IMG/VR virus record: IMGVR_UViG_3300020125_000051
Location: 1-64,000 of that record
DNA from: a virus
Strand: one strand, 5' to 3'
DNA: 64,000 nt
Shown here: positions 28,924-40,039 of the stretch, piece by piece
Numbering within the stretch: the first letter of the stretch is position 1
Layout of the letters: every line of letters begins with the position of its first letter
Notes under the pieces: model-generated
Databases searched by the model: none
Told to the model about the DNA's origin: nothing
The model's input: only the letters and a program-made list of their open reading frames with translations
Made by a program: the position numbers and the translations under genes

Positions 28924-29316
28924 ATGCCTGTTGGTGTAGTGCTTATTAGTACAAATAAGGTTGAGTTAACTCTATTGCCGGGTGGATACGTAACTGTTCG
29001 TCGAATGAATTACGGTGAAGAGTTAGATCGTACTGGCTTGGCAACAAAGTTTAAGATGGGGTCTACTAAAACCGAAAATGCCAAAGATTCGTTTGCTGGC
29101 GAACTAGATATTAACACCAAGGAAATTGCTCTATGGGATTTCGCTAATTTAATTGTTGACCACAATATTACAGACGAAAACGAAAGACTATTGAATTTCA
29201 AAAACCCTGCGGACGTAGCTAGACTTCATCCTTTAGTAGGTAAAGAAATTGGTGAAGCAATTGATGCTTGGCAGTCTCAGGCATTAGAAACGAGTGATGA
29301 AGTAAAAAACTCTTAA
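28924..29316 (+). CDS. Tail assembly chaperone
   Basis: AAGGAG RBS before ATG 28924; ends in a slippery site. Confidence 0.75.
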   Translation: MPVGVVLISTNKVELTLLPGGYVTVRRMNYGEELDRTGLATKFKMGSTKTENAKDSFAGELDINTKEIALWDFANLIVDHNITDENERLLNFKNPADVARLHPLVGKEIGEAIDAWQSQALETSDEVKNS

Positions 29317-29546
29317 TTGAGCTACGAAAAGCGGTGATGGTACCAAACGCGAAGGTAGCTCAAGAAACACAAGCAATACTTAATACCATTAGAATTTGTG
29401 AAAAATTTAATACATTGCCTAGAGACGGAGGCTATTTTTCACAAGATAGCCTATTCGTTCATATACTACAAAATGTACTAGCTTGGGATGCGCAACGAGC
29501 AGAGCTAGATAGGAGAAAGCAACAATCAAAATTGCCTACCCAATAA
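29304..29546 (+). other. Programmed -1 frameshift site (A AAA AAC) and chaperone extension
   Basis: Heptamer 29304-29310; the -1 frame is open and continuous with ORF 29334-29546. Confidence 0.8.
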
Positions 29547-29567
29547 TTACGAATTGAGTGGGTCAGC

Positions 29568-32500
29568 GTGCCATTTAGTGCAACAAGAGATTTATGGCTC
29601 GTCCTTAAGGCTCGTGATGAAGCATCACGAGCCATGGGTGCTTTCTCACGTGATATTCGCATGGTTGGCGACAGTGTTAAGCTAGCTAACCTACAAGCAG
29701 CTAGATCAGCATTAGTTAATCATCAAGCAATTCAACGTATGACTGGTGCATCCCAACAGGATATTCTAGTAACGCAGAGAAGAATTCAGCAACTTGATCA
29801 GCAAATTGGCCAAATGCGTGTTGCTAAAGCTGCAATGGAAGAACAACGAGTATCATCACAAAGACTCGCTTCGGCCTTGCAAGGTACTGCTGGTGTTGCA
29901 ACTGCTCTAGGTACCGGATTAGTTGCTGCTGGCGCTTTTGGTCTAATGGGTCTTAAGAAGCTAGTTGATGCTTCTGTGGACTATCAGAAGCAATCCGCCT
30001 TAACTGTTACTCAGGTTGATAAGTTTGCCATCTCTCTACAAGATATTGAGAAGATTGGTCTTAGAGTAGCTAATGCTGTTGGTGTACCATTCCAGGAAAT
30101 TCAGCCAGCGCTATTCGATATCTTCTCATCTATGGAAGTTGGCGCATCTGACGCTGAGAAACTTCTAACTGTATTCTCCAAAGCGGCTGTTGCTGGTCAA
30201 ACAGATATTCAAAGTGCTTCTAAAGCTACCATTGGTATTCTAAACGCTTTCCAATTACCATTAACTAGTATTAACCACTTAATGGATGTTCAGTTCCAAC
30301 TGGTTAAGGAAGGTATTGGTAGCTATTCAGACTGGACAGCAAAAATTGGCCAGGTAACACCATCAGCAGTTCGGTTTGGACAGTCAGTTGATATTATGGC
30401 AGCCGCGCTGGCGGCTTCTACCCGTACTGGTCAGTTAGCATCACAGTCGGCTGCTGCTGTTGCTCGTGCAATGGATGCAATGTCCAATCCTACCGCAATA
30501 GAAGCAATGAAGCAATTTGGAGTTAATGCTGTTGATGCTCAAGGCAACTTCCGTTCCATGATTGATATTCTGTTTGACTTTAGAAAACAACTAGATAAAA
30601 TTCCAGGTGAAGCTGCAAAGACAAAAGCAATTGTTGACATCTTCAAAGGTGCTGGTGGTACCATTCAGGCTCGAAGATTCTTGCAAAACATGCTTATGAC
30701 TCCAGGAAACCTAGAATTGTTCCAAAACATCTTTAAAACAATGAGTACTGAATCTGGTTCATTTGAACAAGCATATGAAACAATGGCAGGTACAGTTGCA
30801 ACCCAATCTCAACTAGTTGCTAACAAATGGGAAACACTAAAAATCGCAGCCGGAACAGCGTTGACGCCTTCATTCATGAAAGTTTTAGATATAGTTGGTA
30901 AAGTATTAGATAAATTCAACCAACTATCTCCCGCAACTCAAAAAACCATCATGACGATAATTGGATTATCTGTAGTTGGATCAATTGTAATTGGTATGTT
31001 GTTACTATTTCTTGGGTTATTGGCTGGACTTATTGCGGCTATTACTGTCGCTGGAAGCGCAATATTAGTTGTTACTGGTGTGATGGCTGGGTTAATAGCT
31101 GGTATTGTAGCACTTACAGTGGCTTTAATTTTAGCTTGGAAGAGAAGCCAAGAGTTCCGAGATTTAATAATGAGTGTTGCTGATGTAATTGAACATTTAT
31201 GGAAAGATATAATTGTACCATTTGCACAGGATTTAGCTGCTGGATTTGAAAAGAATATTCTTCCAGCACTAATTAAGTTCCGTGACATTATTAAAAATGA
31301 TGTTATGCCACTAGTAACGCATTTTGTTAAAGTTTTTGGTAGCGAATTTCTTGCTAGAGCTAAAGAAGCAGCCAACTTAATAAAAGACAAACTTGTATTT
31401 GCATTTGACCAAATTGGGCAAGTTTTAAATAAAATTGTTATACCTGCATTCCAGTGGTTAACTAAATTTTATAAGGAACACAAAGAGACTGTTGACCAAC
31501 TCATTAAAATCTTCATGCAACTTGCTAAATGGTTGTTCATCATTGGAGCAATCATTACTGGTGTGCTACTTGTAGTTTTTGGTGGTCCAATTGTTGGCAT
31601 TATAGTTACCTTTGCGCTTCTTATAGCTGGTATTGGTATTGCCATAATTTGGGTTGTCGAACGTGTTAAAGACATAATTGATTGGTTCAAGCATTTCGGC
31701 GAGCACATGAGTTGGCTCGGTGATAGGATCTCTGATGCTTGGAAGTTCATAAAAGATCAGTTTAATCGTGGAATTGATGCCATTCGAGCTGTTTGGGAAG
31801 AGTTTTGGAACAGTAGAATTGGTAGGTTCTTAGCATCAATACTAAATGTTATTAGTTCACTTATAGAATTAGCTGTCACTATTTGGGTTGCGGTATTCAA
31901 TTTCTTCCTTGATACTGTAACAACAGCATGGAATACTACTTGGAATGCTCTTTCTAGTGTTGTTCAAGCAGTTTGGGGATTCATTGGTCCATATCTACAA
32001 AGTGCTTGGGAAACCATTAGTGGCTTAGCTGTTAAGATCTGGACTCCAGTTAAGAACTTCTTTGTAGGATTATGGAATGATATTTCTAAATTTGTTACTG
32101 ATAAAGCTAGAGAATTAAGAGATAATTTATCTGGCGCTTGGGAAGACATTAAGACTAGAGTTGTAAATGCTTGGAATGATGTTCGGAAATTCTTTGATGA
32201 TACTGGAACTTGGTTAAGAGATGCTGGTAGAAATCTTATTCAAGGTTTCATTGATGGTATGACAGATAAGTTTAATGCCCTTGCGGATAAGATTCGAGAG
32301 TTTGCACAGTTCATTAAGGATCACTTCCCACACTCTCCAGCCAAGCGTGGACCTTTAGCTGGTAAGGGTGGAATGTTCTACGCAGGTCAAAACATAGTTA
32401 CTCAACTAAATGATGGTATTAACAGTAGATTATCAATGGTTGGTTATGGAACTTCGCTATTAGCTAATGCGGCAGGTAACAATGCAATAGCCAGCCAAGC

Positions 32501-32612
32501 GAATAGTGGTGGTGGAAATACCATTAATCAAACCGTTAATGTTAACACTCAAGAATTGAATCCAAGAAGACAAGCAGCAGAATTAGGCTGGTTACTCGCT
32601 GGGAGCATGTAA
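29568..32612 (+). CDS. Tape measure protein
   Basis: 1014 aa, helical, TM cluster, Trp-periodic repeats, PHSPAKRGPL. Confidence 0.93.
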   Translation: MPFSATRDLWLVLKARDEASRAMGAFSRDIRMVGDSVKLANLQAARSALVNHQAIQRMTGASQQDILVTQRRIQQLDQQIGQMRVAKAAMEEQRVSSQRLASALQGTAGVATALGTGLVAAGAFGLMGLKKLVDASVDYQKQSALTVTQVDKFAISLQDIEKIGLRVANAVGVPFQEIQPALFDIFSSMEVGASDAEKLLTVFSKAAVAGQTDIQSASKATIGILNAFQLPLTSINHLMDVQFQLVKEGIGSYSDWTAKIGQVTPSAVRFGQSVDIMAAALAASTRTGQLASQSAAAVARAMDAMSNPTAIEAMKQFGVNAVDAQGNFRSMIDILFDFRKQLDKIPGEAAKTKAIVDIFKGAGGTIQARRFLQNMLMTPGNLELFQNIFKTMSTESGSFEQAYETMAGTVATQSQLVANKWETLKIAAGTALTPSFMKVLDIVGKVLDKFNQLSPATQKTIMTIIGLSVVGSIVIGMLLLFLGLLAGLIAAITVAGSAILVVTGVMAGLIAGIVALTVALILAWKRSQEFRDLIMSVADVIEHLWKDIIVPFAQDLAAGFEKNILPALIKFRDIIKNDVMPLVTHFVKVFGSEFLARAKEAANLIKDKLVFAFDQIGQVLNKIVIPAFQWLTKFYKEHKETVDQLIKIFMQLAKWLFIIGAIITGVLLVVFGGPIVGIIVTFALLIAGIGIAIIWVVERVKDIIDWFKHFGEHMSWLGDRISDAWKFIKDQFNRGIDAIRAVWEEFWNSRIGRFLASILNVISSLIELAVTIWVAVFNFFLDTVTTAWNTTWNALSSVVQAVWGFIGPYLQSAWETISGLAVKIWTPVKNFFVGLWNDISKFVTDKARELRDNLSGAWEDIKTRVVNAWNDVRKFFDDTGTWLRDAGRNLIQGFIDGMTDKFNALADKIREFAQFIKDHFPHSPAKRGPLAGKGGMFYAGQNIVTQLNDGINSRLSMVGYGTSLLANAAGNNAIASQANSGGGNTINQTVNVNTQELNPRRQAAELGWLLAGSM

Positions 32613-34117
32613 TGTCGATTGGACTTAGCGATTACGAGTTTCAACTCGGTGATACTGGTGTGCGTCTTAATTCTGGATCGACTGTGCCTTTTGTGGACAT
32701 AAGTAAAGTATCCGGTTTAGACAATGCTCCGTATCGAGAAACCATTAGAGATCATGAAGGCGCAGATGGTGGTTTCATTGATGCAGAATTTGAAAAAGGT
32801 AGAGATATAATTCTTGAAGGTATGGTTTATGGAGACCTTACAAATGTAGAAAGTATTTTAGATTCTCTAAAATTAAATTTTGCTCCAGTTACTTCGCCAA
32901 TTCCTTTTTATATCAAGCCAGGTACAGTTAACGAACGTTTAGTATTTGTTAAGTCTCGTGGGGCTCGATATGATTGGGATACTGCCAGAAGAATTGGTTG
33001 TACTGAAATTCAATTCTTACTATTTGCTGAGGATCCACGTATATATGATGCAAACCTTTCCTCAGTAATAATTGGCTTTGGTGGTATTGCTGGTAATGGA
33101 TTAGCTTTTACAACTTATTTGGATACGTTTACTCGTGTTACATCGAGTGGTTTTGGAACTTCAAACTCTGGAAATACATATACACTTACCGGAACAGCCG
33201 CAGACTTCTCCACAGATGGTACTAAAGCTAAGATTACTCTAAATGCGTCCACTACGACGGTGTACACAGCACAGCCTAACGTAACAGCAGTAGTAAACCA
33301 GTACGCATATATTCAAGGTGCATTTTTATCTGCTACACCTACAGGTGGTAGTATCTCTGCACTGTTTGACCTACGTGCAGTAGACGCGAGCAATTATTAT
33401 CGAGCCGAACTTATTTGGACAACCTCGAATACTATTCAGATAGCTCTGAGCAAGACGGTAGCAAGCGTCAATTCTTCTCTCGTCGCTGCGACTACTGTTG
33501 GTGGATTAACCTCAGCTTCGCTCATTAACGTAAGAGTTGAGGTTACACAAGGCCAGAGCGTATCAACAACTAGTGCTTTTCGTGCAAAGGTTTGGGCACA
33601 AGGTACGGCTGAACCTACAGCTTTCAACGTTGAAGCATTTGATGGTGCTGTTACAGCTGCTGGTGGATTTAAGATTAATGCTGTTCGTAACGCAGGCAAT
33701 ACTAACTCAGCACCCATTATATCTTTTGATCAAACTGAATTAGACGAAGGAATAGGATTTAATCTAGACTTTGGTGGTGGCGCTGCTCCCAGTGGTACTA
33801 ACGTAACTAATATTGGGAATCGTGCTACACCAATCAATTTCATTTTGCAAGGACCAATTGATAATCCAGTTATTTTTAATAACACTAGTAGTCATAATTT
33901 ACAATTTGCAATTTCATTGAGTGCTAGCGATACTCTCACTATTAATACTCGGGATCGTACAGTTTATCTAAACGGAAATATAAATAGACGTAGTACTCTT
34001 GTAAATCCAGATTGGTTCTTTTTAGATCCAGGCACTAGCAATATTACATTTGGAGGATCTAGTGGTACTCCAGGTACAACTCAATTAACCATGCAATTTA
34101 GATCAGCTTGGCGGTAG
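32612..34117 (+). CDS. Distal tail protein (Dit) with large beta-rich insertion
   Basis: AEDPRIY and C-terminal WFFLDPG...FRSAWR flank an inserted domain. Confidence 0.75.
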   Translation: MSIGLSDYEFQLGDTGVRLNSGSTVPFVDISKVSGLDNAPYRETIRDHEGADGGFIDAEFEKGRDIILEGMVYGDLTNVESILDSLKLNFAPVTSPIPFYIKPGTVNERLVFVKSRGARYDWDTARRIGCTEIQFLLFAEDPRIYDANLSSVIIGFGGIAGNGLAFTTYLDTFTRVTSSGFGTSNSGNTYTLTGTAADFSTDGTKAKITLNASTTTVYTAQPNVTAVVNQYAYIQGAFLSATPTGGSISALFDLRAVDASNYYRAELIWTTSNTIQIALSKTVASVNSSLVAATTVGGLTSASLINVRVEVTQGQSVSTTSAFRAKVWAQGTAEPTAFNVEAFDGAVTAAGGFKINAVRNAGNTNSAPIISFDQTELDEGIGFNLDFGGGAAPSGTNVTNIGNRATPINFILQGPIDNPVIFNNTSSHNLQFAISLSASDTLTINTRDRTVYLNGNINRRSTLVNPDWFFLDPGTSNITFGGSSGTPGTTQLTMQFRSAWR

Positions 34118-35239
34118 ATGATGGCAGTTATTAATCCTTGTGGATTCTTACAAAATGCTGGTGCGACTCACACAGCGGAACAGGTGCGCAACTGGCATGG
34201 ACTGCTGACTGCTGGCCGAGCTAGTTCAACAAGTCTTGTTTCTCGTGGTGGTGTTAATCCTGCTTTAGGTAATCAATTACTTGTTACCCAAACTGGATCA
34301 CCTTCAATGGCAGTTATCGTAAAATCTGGACAAGCAACTATTGGTGGTTCTGAAGGTTCTAAGCAAGGCGTATACAGTGTACTAAATGATGCTGATGTTA
34401 CGTTGAGCATTAGCGCAGCCCATGCAACCTTAAATAGAATTGACCTTGTTTGTTTTAAGGTTGAAGATCAAGCTTATTCAGGTTCGGTAAATTCTAGTTC
34501 ATTAGTAGTTGTTACAGGTACACCAGCTAGTTCACCTTCTCCACCGACAGCCCCAAATAACTCAATAACATTGGCGCAGGTATCGATTGTTGCCAATGAT
34601 ACTTCTATTACTAATAACGAGATAACGGATAAGCGCCCGTTTATGGCTGCAACGGGTGGTGTTATTGTTTGTGCAAGTACCACGCGACCTACTGCTGGTA
34701 CAGTTAGTGCTGGTCAGCTTATCTATGAGACCGACACAACTAGCATTTTGCAAACAGACAATGACGGTACATCCTGGAAGAAAATTGGACCAAAGGGTGT
34801 AATCGCGCGCGTACAGCGTACCACTACGTATAGCTCGACAGGCGCTGAGATCGGCGTCCTTAGATTAGATAATGTTCCTGTAATTTCAGGAAATATCTAC
34901 TTATTGCAAGTACATGGTATGAACTTTACAGGTGGAGCAGCCAACCTGAGCGTTGCAGGACGTCTTCGGGTTAACTCGGCAGGTACGGCGACTACTGGTT
35001 CTACGCAGATTGCTGATACCGGTGATGAAGTCTCAACCTCATTTGCACCATATCAAGGTACACCACTAGCCGGTATCTACGTGCCCGGAGCTAACCAATC
35101 TCTGTCCGCATTGTTCTCAGTTGCGATTACAGGTGGTACAGGTACGGCGAGCTTTACAGGGTCTGCAACTAACCCTGTGAATTTCTTAATTACTGATCTA
35201 GGTACTGATCCTGGTACTAGCCTAGGAACGATTCTGTAG
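34118..35239 (+). CDS. Minor tail protein
   Basis: RIDLV...VTGTPASSPSPP...LAQV...ITDKR; GQLIYETDT. Confidence 0.75.
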   Translation: MMAVINPCGFLQNAGATHTAEQVRNWHGLLTAGRASSTSLVSRGGVNPALGNQLLVTQTGSPSMAVIVKSGQATIGGSEGSKQGVYSVLNDADVTLSISAAHATLNRIDLVCFKVEDQAYSGSVNSSSLVVVTGTPASSPSPPTAPNNSITLAQVSIVANDTSITNNEITDKRPFMAATGGVIVCASTTRPTAGTVSAGQLIYETDTTSILQTDNDGTSWKKIGPKGVIARVQRTTTYSSTGAEIGVLRLDNVPVISGNIYLLQVHGMNFTGGAANLSVAGRLRVNSAGTATTGSTQIADTGDEVSTSFAPYQGTPLAGIYVPGANQSLSALFSVAITGGTGTASFTGSATNPVNFLITDLGTDPGTSLGTIL

Positions 35240-35247
35240 GTGATAAG

Positions 35248-35424
35248 ATGTATCATTTAGTTAAAGAAGGCCAAACAGAAGCATTATGTGGACAATATGA
35301 TGAAGAAAAGGATCAATTAGTTCCAGAAGCAGAAGCTAGAGATCCTAACGGTAGACACTTCAACTGTCCAAACTGTGACTATGTTCTACATGATGGTAAA
35401 CGACATGTGGAGTCACCACAATGA
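35248..35424 (+). CDS. Small Cys/His protein (not in ORF track)
   Basis: MYHLVKEGQTEALCG...CPNC; AGGTG RBS; ATGA overlap with the lysin. Confidence 0.5.
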   Translation: MYHLVKEGQTEALCGQYDEEKDQLVPEAEARDPNGRHFNCPNCDYVLHDGKRHVESPQ

Positions 35425-36377
35425 CTACTGTCTATGGTTGGGATACCTCATCCCATGACGATACACCTACTAGTTTAGATGGATTGTCATTCTTTACCTG
35501 TAAGATTACCGATGGCGACCATTGGTATGAAAACTCAACTGCAACCGCTAAGCTTACGGCGATGCGTGATTTTGGTTGTCCCATTCTTGGCACTTACCAC
35601 GTCCTGTGGGGTAATGCGTCAATAGCCAACCAAGCTGCTTGGTATATTCAAACAATGGATAAAAGAATACCATGGTGGCGTGATTTTCCATATTGGATTT
35701 GTCAATCAGATAATGAACCATTTGGTTATAATGTAAAACCAACAATATCACAAATTAATGAATTTCATGATAGAGTTATAGACTTATCCAATGGAAAATT
35801 ACCATTCGAACGACACATGGGTTATACTCCACAGTGGGTATATGGTGCTGGTGTAGCACAACAAAAGGTAGCTTGGTGGCAGTCTAACTATGGTACAAAT
35901 CCCACAGGATGGTATCAAACTGTCTACAATAACACAGTTGGAAATAGTTCTTCAAAGTGGAATGGTCCTAAAGAAATAATGTTTTTGCAGTATGGATCAA
36001 ACACCACTATCGCTGGTCAAACGACAAGCGATGCTAACGCTTTTCGTGGTAGCCTAGAAGATTTGAAGAAAGTATTAGGAGGAGGAGAAGACGATATGAC
36101 TCCCGAACAGAACACGATGCTATACAATACTGCCCAGCTAACCTATGAGGCTTTAATTTTGGGTAACGATACCATGGGTGCCTCATTATTCCTTGGTAAT
36201 CCACCAGTACAAACTGATGCAATACCGATTAAATTAGTACGCAAGGTAAACGATTTAATGACGAAAGTGACGGAACTCGAAGCCAAGATTGACGCTTTGC
36301 AAGCTGGCAGTGGTCTTACTTATGAGCAAACCGTACAGGCGGCTTTTGAGGGTGCACAAAAGGCTGAAACTGAGTAG
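35421..36377 (+). CDS. Endolysin, GH25-like muramidase
   Basis: GWDTSSH, GTYH, DNE (DxE), WWQSNY, LQYGS, DANAFRGS. Confidence 0.85.
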   Translation: MTTVYGWDTSSHDDTPTSLDGLSFFTCKITDGDHWYENSTATAKLTAMRDFGCPILGTYHVLWGNASIANQAAWYIQTMDKRIPWWRDFPYWICQSDNEPFGYNVKPTISQINEFHDRVIDLSNGKLPFERHMGYTPQWVYGAGVAQQKVAWWQSNYGTNPTGWYQTVYNNTVGNSSSKWNGPKEIMFLQYGSNTTIAGQTTSDANAFRGSLEDLKKVLGGGEDDMTPEQNTMLYNTAQLTYEALILGNDTMGASLFLGNPPVQTDAIPIKLVRKVNDLMTKVTELEAKIDALQAGSGLTYEQTVQAAFEGAQKAETE

Positions 36378-36379
36378 GA

Positions 36380-37468
36380 ATGACTACATACCGTTACATT
36401 TTTGGAACGTTAGGCACCGAGCAGGTTATCGAAGAGATACCCTGCTATGGTGTCACTATGGATATGCAAATGAACCACGGAGGCCAATGGCAGGGTACTT
36501 TTCAATTAGACCAAACAGGTAAACAAAATGTAGACTTATTAGCTGCAACTGTTCCTGGACGTTGTTGGGTAGCAGCAGAACGTAATGGTATTCCAGTTTG
36601 GCTTGGATATATTTGGAGTAGAGTTTACTCTGCACAGTCAAAGTCAGTTCAAATGTTTGCACTAAGTTTTGAACATTATCCAGAAAAAAGATTGGTGAGA
36701 CAAGATATTACATTTGCAGCTACCGAACAACGTAACATTTATAGGTCATTGTGGACTCAGATGCAATCTGATTTTGGAAGTAACTTAAATATCAATGTAC
36801 CCGGCTCATTTACAACTGTAATTACTAAGGATCTTACTGTACTTGCTACAGACTTCAAGTACTATGACAATGTCATGTCAGGTATTGCAGACGCAGTAGA
36901 TGGATTTGACTGGTACATTGCAATTTCAAAGGATGGTACTAACTACCGAAAAGATTTGCTAATTGGTTATCCAACTCTCGGTAGTGGTGTAAGTGCTTCT
37001 ATGAATGTATTCGAGTACCCTGGTAATATAACACAATACTATTTGACTGAGTACATGTCTGATGCTGCAACTAACTTATTTGTGTTAGGTGCAGGTGAAG
37101 GATCAGATATGTTAGTTTCAGAATATGTAAATAGTCCATTGTTAATATCTGGATTTCCACGGTGGGATATTACAGTTAGTCGCAAAGATCTGAACGATCA
37201 AACAACCGTAGATGCTATAGCCAATCAACTTGGACAAATTAATGCACCACCCATTAATGTTATAAAAATAACTGTAAAGGGAAATTTAACTCCTGAGTTT
37301 GGAAGCTACACTCTTGGTGATGTATGTAAGATAGTAATTAAAGATCCAAGATGGCCTAACAATGGATTTAAAGGAAATAAGAGATTATTAAAATGGACTC
37401 TAACTCCTCAATCTTCAGATAATACTGAAGAAGCCGAACTAGTATTCCAAGGTGATCCAGATGTCTGA
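36380..37468 (+). CDS. Minor tail/baseplate hub protein
   Basis: ERNGIPVWLGYIW, DGFDW, YTLGD motifs. Confidence 0.75.
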   Translation: MTTYRYIFGTLGTEQVIEEIPCYGVTMDMQMNHGGQWQGTFQLDQTGKQNVDLLAATVPGRCWVAAERNGIPVWLGYIWSRVYSAQSKSVQMFALSFEHYPEKRLVRQDITFAATEQRNIYRSLWTQMQSDFGSNLNINVPGSFTTVITKDLTVLATDFKYYDNVMSGIADAVDGFDWYIAISKDGTNYRKDLLIGYPTLGSGVSASMNVFEYPGNITQYYLTEYMSDAATNLFVLGAGEGSDMLVSEYVNSPLLISGFPRWDITVSRKDLNDQTTVDAIANQLGQINAPPINVIKITVKGNLTPEFGSYTLGDVCKIVIKDPRWPNNGFKGNKRLLKWTLTPQSSDNTEEAELVFQGDPDV

Positions 37469-38156
37469 TAAATATAATACTGGACCAGACGATATTGTTA
37501 AGCGAATTTCAGACCTAGAAGCGAGAATATCTACGCTTGAACGTGTGCCTAGTTTAAGCAGTGCTTCTATTGATGCCGGTGGTCTTACTGTAAAGGGTGG
37601 CAACATTCGGGTAACTGACCCTAGTGGAGTTGTACAAGTAATACTTGGGTTACAATCCGATGGTTCATATGGATTAGGTGTATTAGAATCTGGTGCAGGA
37701 TTTCACCAAGTACCCTATGTATATAGTGATTTTATTCAAACAGGTGAAACTGCAACTAGCACTTCCTATCAAGATTTAGCTACTGTTGGTCCTCAAGTTA
37801 CCGTTCCAGTTAGATCAAGTGGCCGAATAGTTGTATTTGCTACTGCACAGATGCAATATTTGAGTTCTACTGGTGCCAATATAACTCAAGGTGGCGTATT
37901 TAACGTAGCTATGTCAGGTGCTAATACTAGAAGTCCTGTTGATGCAAGTGACCCATTAGTGGGTGTATGGACGCAGAACATGATTGTTAGTGCTGGTACT
38001 GATACCTTTACAAATATTATTGATATTACAGCACAGGCTACTTTTATAGGATTAACTCCTGGACTAACTACTGTTACTTTGAAATATCGTAGATCAGCCA
38101 CAGCAGCATCAAATACAGATTTTTTCCGTCGTGGGTTAACTGTAATAGCCATTTAG
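37461..38156 (+). CDS. Minor tail protein
   Basis: N-terminal coiled coil plus beta-rich C-terminus. Confidence 0.65.
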   Translation: MSDKYNTGPDDIVKRISDLEARISTLERVPSLSSASIDAGGLTVKGGNIRVTDPSGVVQVILGLQSDGSYGLGVLESGAGFHQVPYVYSDFIQTGETATSTSYQDLATVGPQVTVPVRSSGRIVVFATAQMQYLSSTGANITQGGVFNVAMSGANTRSPVDASDPLVGVWTQNMIVSAGTDTFTNIIDITAQATFIGLTPGLTTVTLKYRRSATAASNTDFFRRGLTVIAI

Positions 38157-38169
38157 GAGGTGATAAGAG

Positions 38170-38520
38170 ATGCCAACTACGAGACATGATATAACTGTCA
38201 ATCAAGGAGCTGAGTTTACACTTAATGTACAAGCATTGAATGCTGATAGAACAGTTATGGACCTAACTGGATACACCGCAAAAATGCAAGTAAGAGATTC
38301 AAAAGGTGGCTCAACAATATACATGACCGCAAGTACTGCTGCGGGTACAATAACTATAAATGCTCCTGGTGGCATAGTTATGGTCAACGTAGGGGCGGAT
38401 CTTACCACACCTATGACATGGAATAGCGGTTGGTACGATTTAATAGTTACTGCAAGTTCAACTAATGTAAAAAGACTCGTTGAAGGTTTCGCCTCACTGA
38501 GTAAGGAAGTGACAGTCTAA
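38170..38520 (+). CDS. Virion structural protein (DLTGYTAKMQVR type)
   Basis: DLTGYTAKMQVR...YDL...RLVEG...EVT. Confidence 0.7.
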   Translation: MPTTRHDITVNQGAEFTLNVQALNADRTVMDLTGYTAKMQVRDSKGGSTIYMTASTAAGTITINAPGGIVMVNVGADLTTPMTWNSGWYDLIVTASSTNVKRLVEGFASLSKEVTV

Positions 38521-39398
38521 TGGCTAATGCGTTGTTCGAACAAGCTCGTCAGAAGTTTTTGGGTGCCACCATTGACTGGGATGGCCAAACCTTCTCCGCA
38601 GTTCTAATGGATTTGACACCATCAACTTCTGATGCTGGTATTCGACAGATTACTTCATCTACTAACGCAACTCCTATCGTTGTTACTACTGCTGTGGCGC
38701 ATGGCTTCAGCAATGGTGATCTCGTTTATGTAGATGGAATTGCCACAGGAACAAGTGGCAATGGATTATGGACAATTACCGCAGCTTCTGGATCTGTGTT
38801 TAGTTTAACAGATCCAGTTTCGGGCGCTAACGCTGTAGGTAATGGCGTCGGCGCAGGTGGTTACTGTGTCAATTACGGTCAAACCGCATCCACAGTAAGT
38901 GATTTTTGGGATGACTTTGACGCATCACTTGTTGGTGGTGCATCTGGTAAGGTTAACCTTACAGGTGCTACTATTGCTGCTGGTGTGGCAGATGCTAACG
39001 ATGTTACCTTTACTGCAATTTCTGGTAACACAGTAGAAGCTATCGGTATCATTCGTGATACTGGTACAGCGTCTACTTCTGAAATGGTAGCAATCATTAC
39101 CGGCAAGCAGATTGTTACCTGTAATACTACACTATCTGCTGGTACTGCGTTACTTGTAGAACCGATTAAATACGGTATCCCGAACGGCACTGTGCTGGCC
39201 TTCTCAGGTGGGCAGAATGCTACACTGACCGCCTTGGCTAACGCTGGTGATCGAGTTTTGACCGTATCGTCAACTACAGTTAACATTGGTACACGAGCAC
39301 TTGCCCCGGCTACTGGCTCAGGTCTTCCTGTTACTCCTAATGGTGGCAACATTGTAGTAACATGGGACAATGGTGTCAACAAGATCTTTAAGCTATAG
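38520..39398 (+). CDS. Virion structural protein with inserted domains
   Basis: Core MANALF..RQKFL / VADANDVTF / GLPVTPNGGNIVVTWDNGVNKIFKL. Confidence 0.7.
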   Translation: MANALFEQARQKFLGATIDWDGQTFSAVLMDLTPSTSDAGIRQITSSTNATPIVVTTAVAHGFSNGDLVYVDGIATGTSGNGLWTITAASGSVFSLTDPVSGANAVGNGVGAGGYCVNYGQTASTVSDFWDDFDASLVGGASGKVNLTGATIAAGVADANDVTFTAISGNTVEAIGIIRDTGTASTSEMVAIITGKQIVTCNTTLSAGTALLVEPIKYGIPNGTVLAFSGGQNATLTALANAGDRVLTVSSTTVNIGTRALAPATGSGLPVTPNGGNIVVTWDNGVNKIFKL

Positions 39399-39406
39399 GA
39401 GTATAA

Positions 39407-39997
39407 ATGAGTCTTCAGACTTGGGAAGAAACGCTTGTTTCCCAACGTGTCGATAGTCCACTACAAACTACTTTCACTACAGCCAAATCAATTTTTGGTG
39501 TTGATGGTACTGACCAGTCTGCGCACTGTAAGTATACAGTACCACCAAACTTTTTTGTGCCAGGAAAAGCACTTAACATTCAGCTTCGTGGTGATATTTC
39601 CAATATTGTTACTACTCCTGGAACGATTACGTTTCAGGTAATGCTTGGTGCAGTGATTGCCTTCACGTCTGGTGCAATCAACCTCTCGACTACTGCTCAC
39701 ACCACGTTACCATTCTGGCTTGATTTTGATTTAACATGTCAAGTTGATGGTGGTGGTACCCAAGCTAAACTTATGGGTCAGGGCATGATGATTTCAAATA
39801 CAATTGCCAACACTTCCGTTGCAGACTCAGTTGCTAACACACTACCAACATTGCTGCTACCAAATACTACACCTGCACAGGGCACTGGCTTTGATTCAAC
39901 TACATCACAAAAAATAGACATCTTCGTTGGATTCTCAGTTTCTAATGCTGGTAATGGTGTTCGGGCTCGGCAGTATCGCCTTCGCGCAATGAATTAA
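39407..39997 (+). CDS. Putative structural protein
   Basis: AGGAG RBS, beta-rich, in the tail module. Confidence 0.55.
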   Translation: MSLQTWEETLVSQRVDSPLQTTFTTAKSIFGVDGTDQSAHCKYTVPPNFFVPGKALNIQLRGDISNIVTTPGTITFQVMLGAVIAFTSGAINLSTTAHTTLPFWLDFDLTCQVDGGGTQAKLMGQGMMISNTIANTSVADSVANTLPTLLLPNTTPAQGTGFDSTTSQKIDIFVGFSVSNAGNGVRARQYRLRAMN

Positions 39998-40039
39998 GAT
40001 GTTATCTTATTTGGCGGTGATAGGATAGGAGGTTAAGCA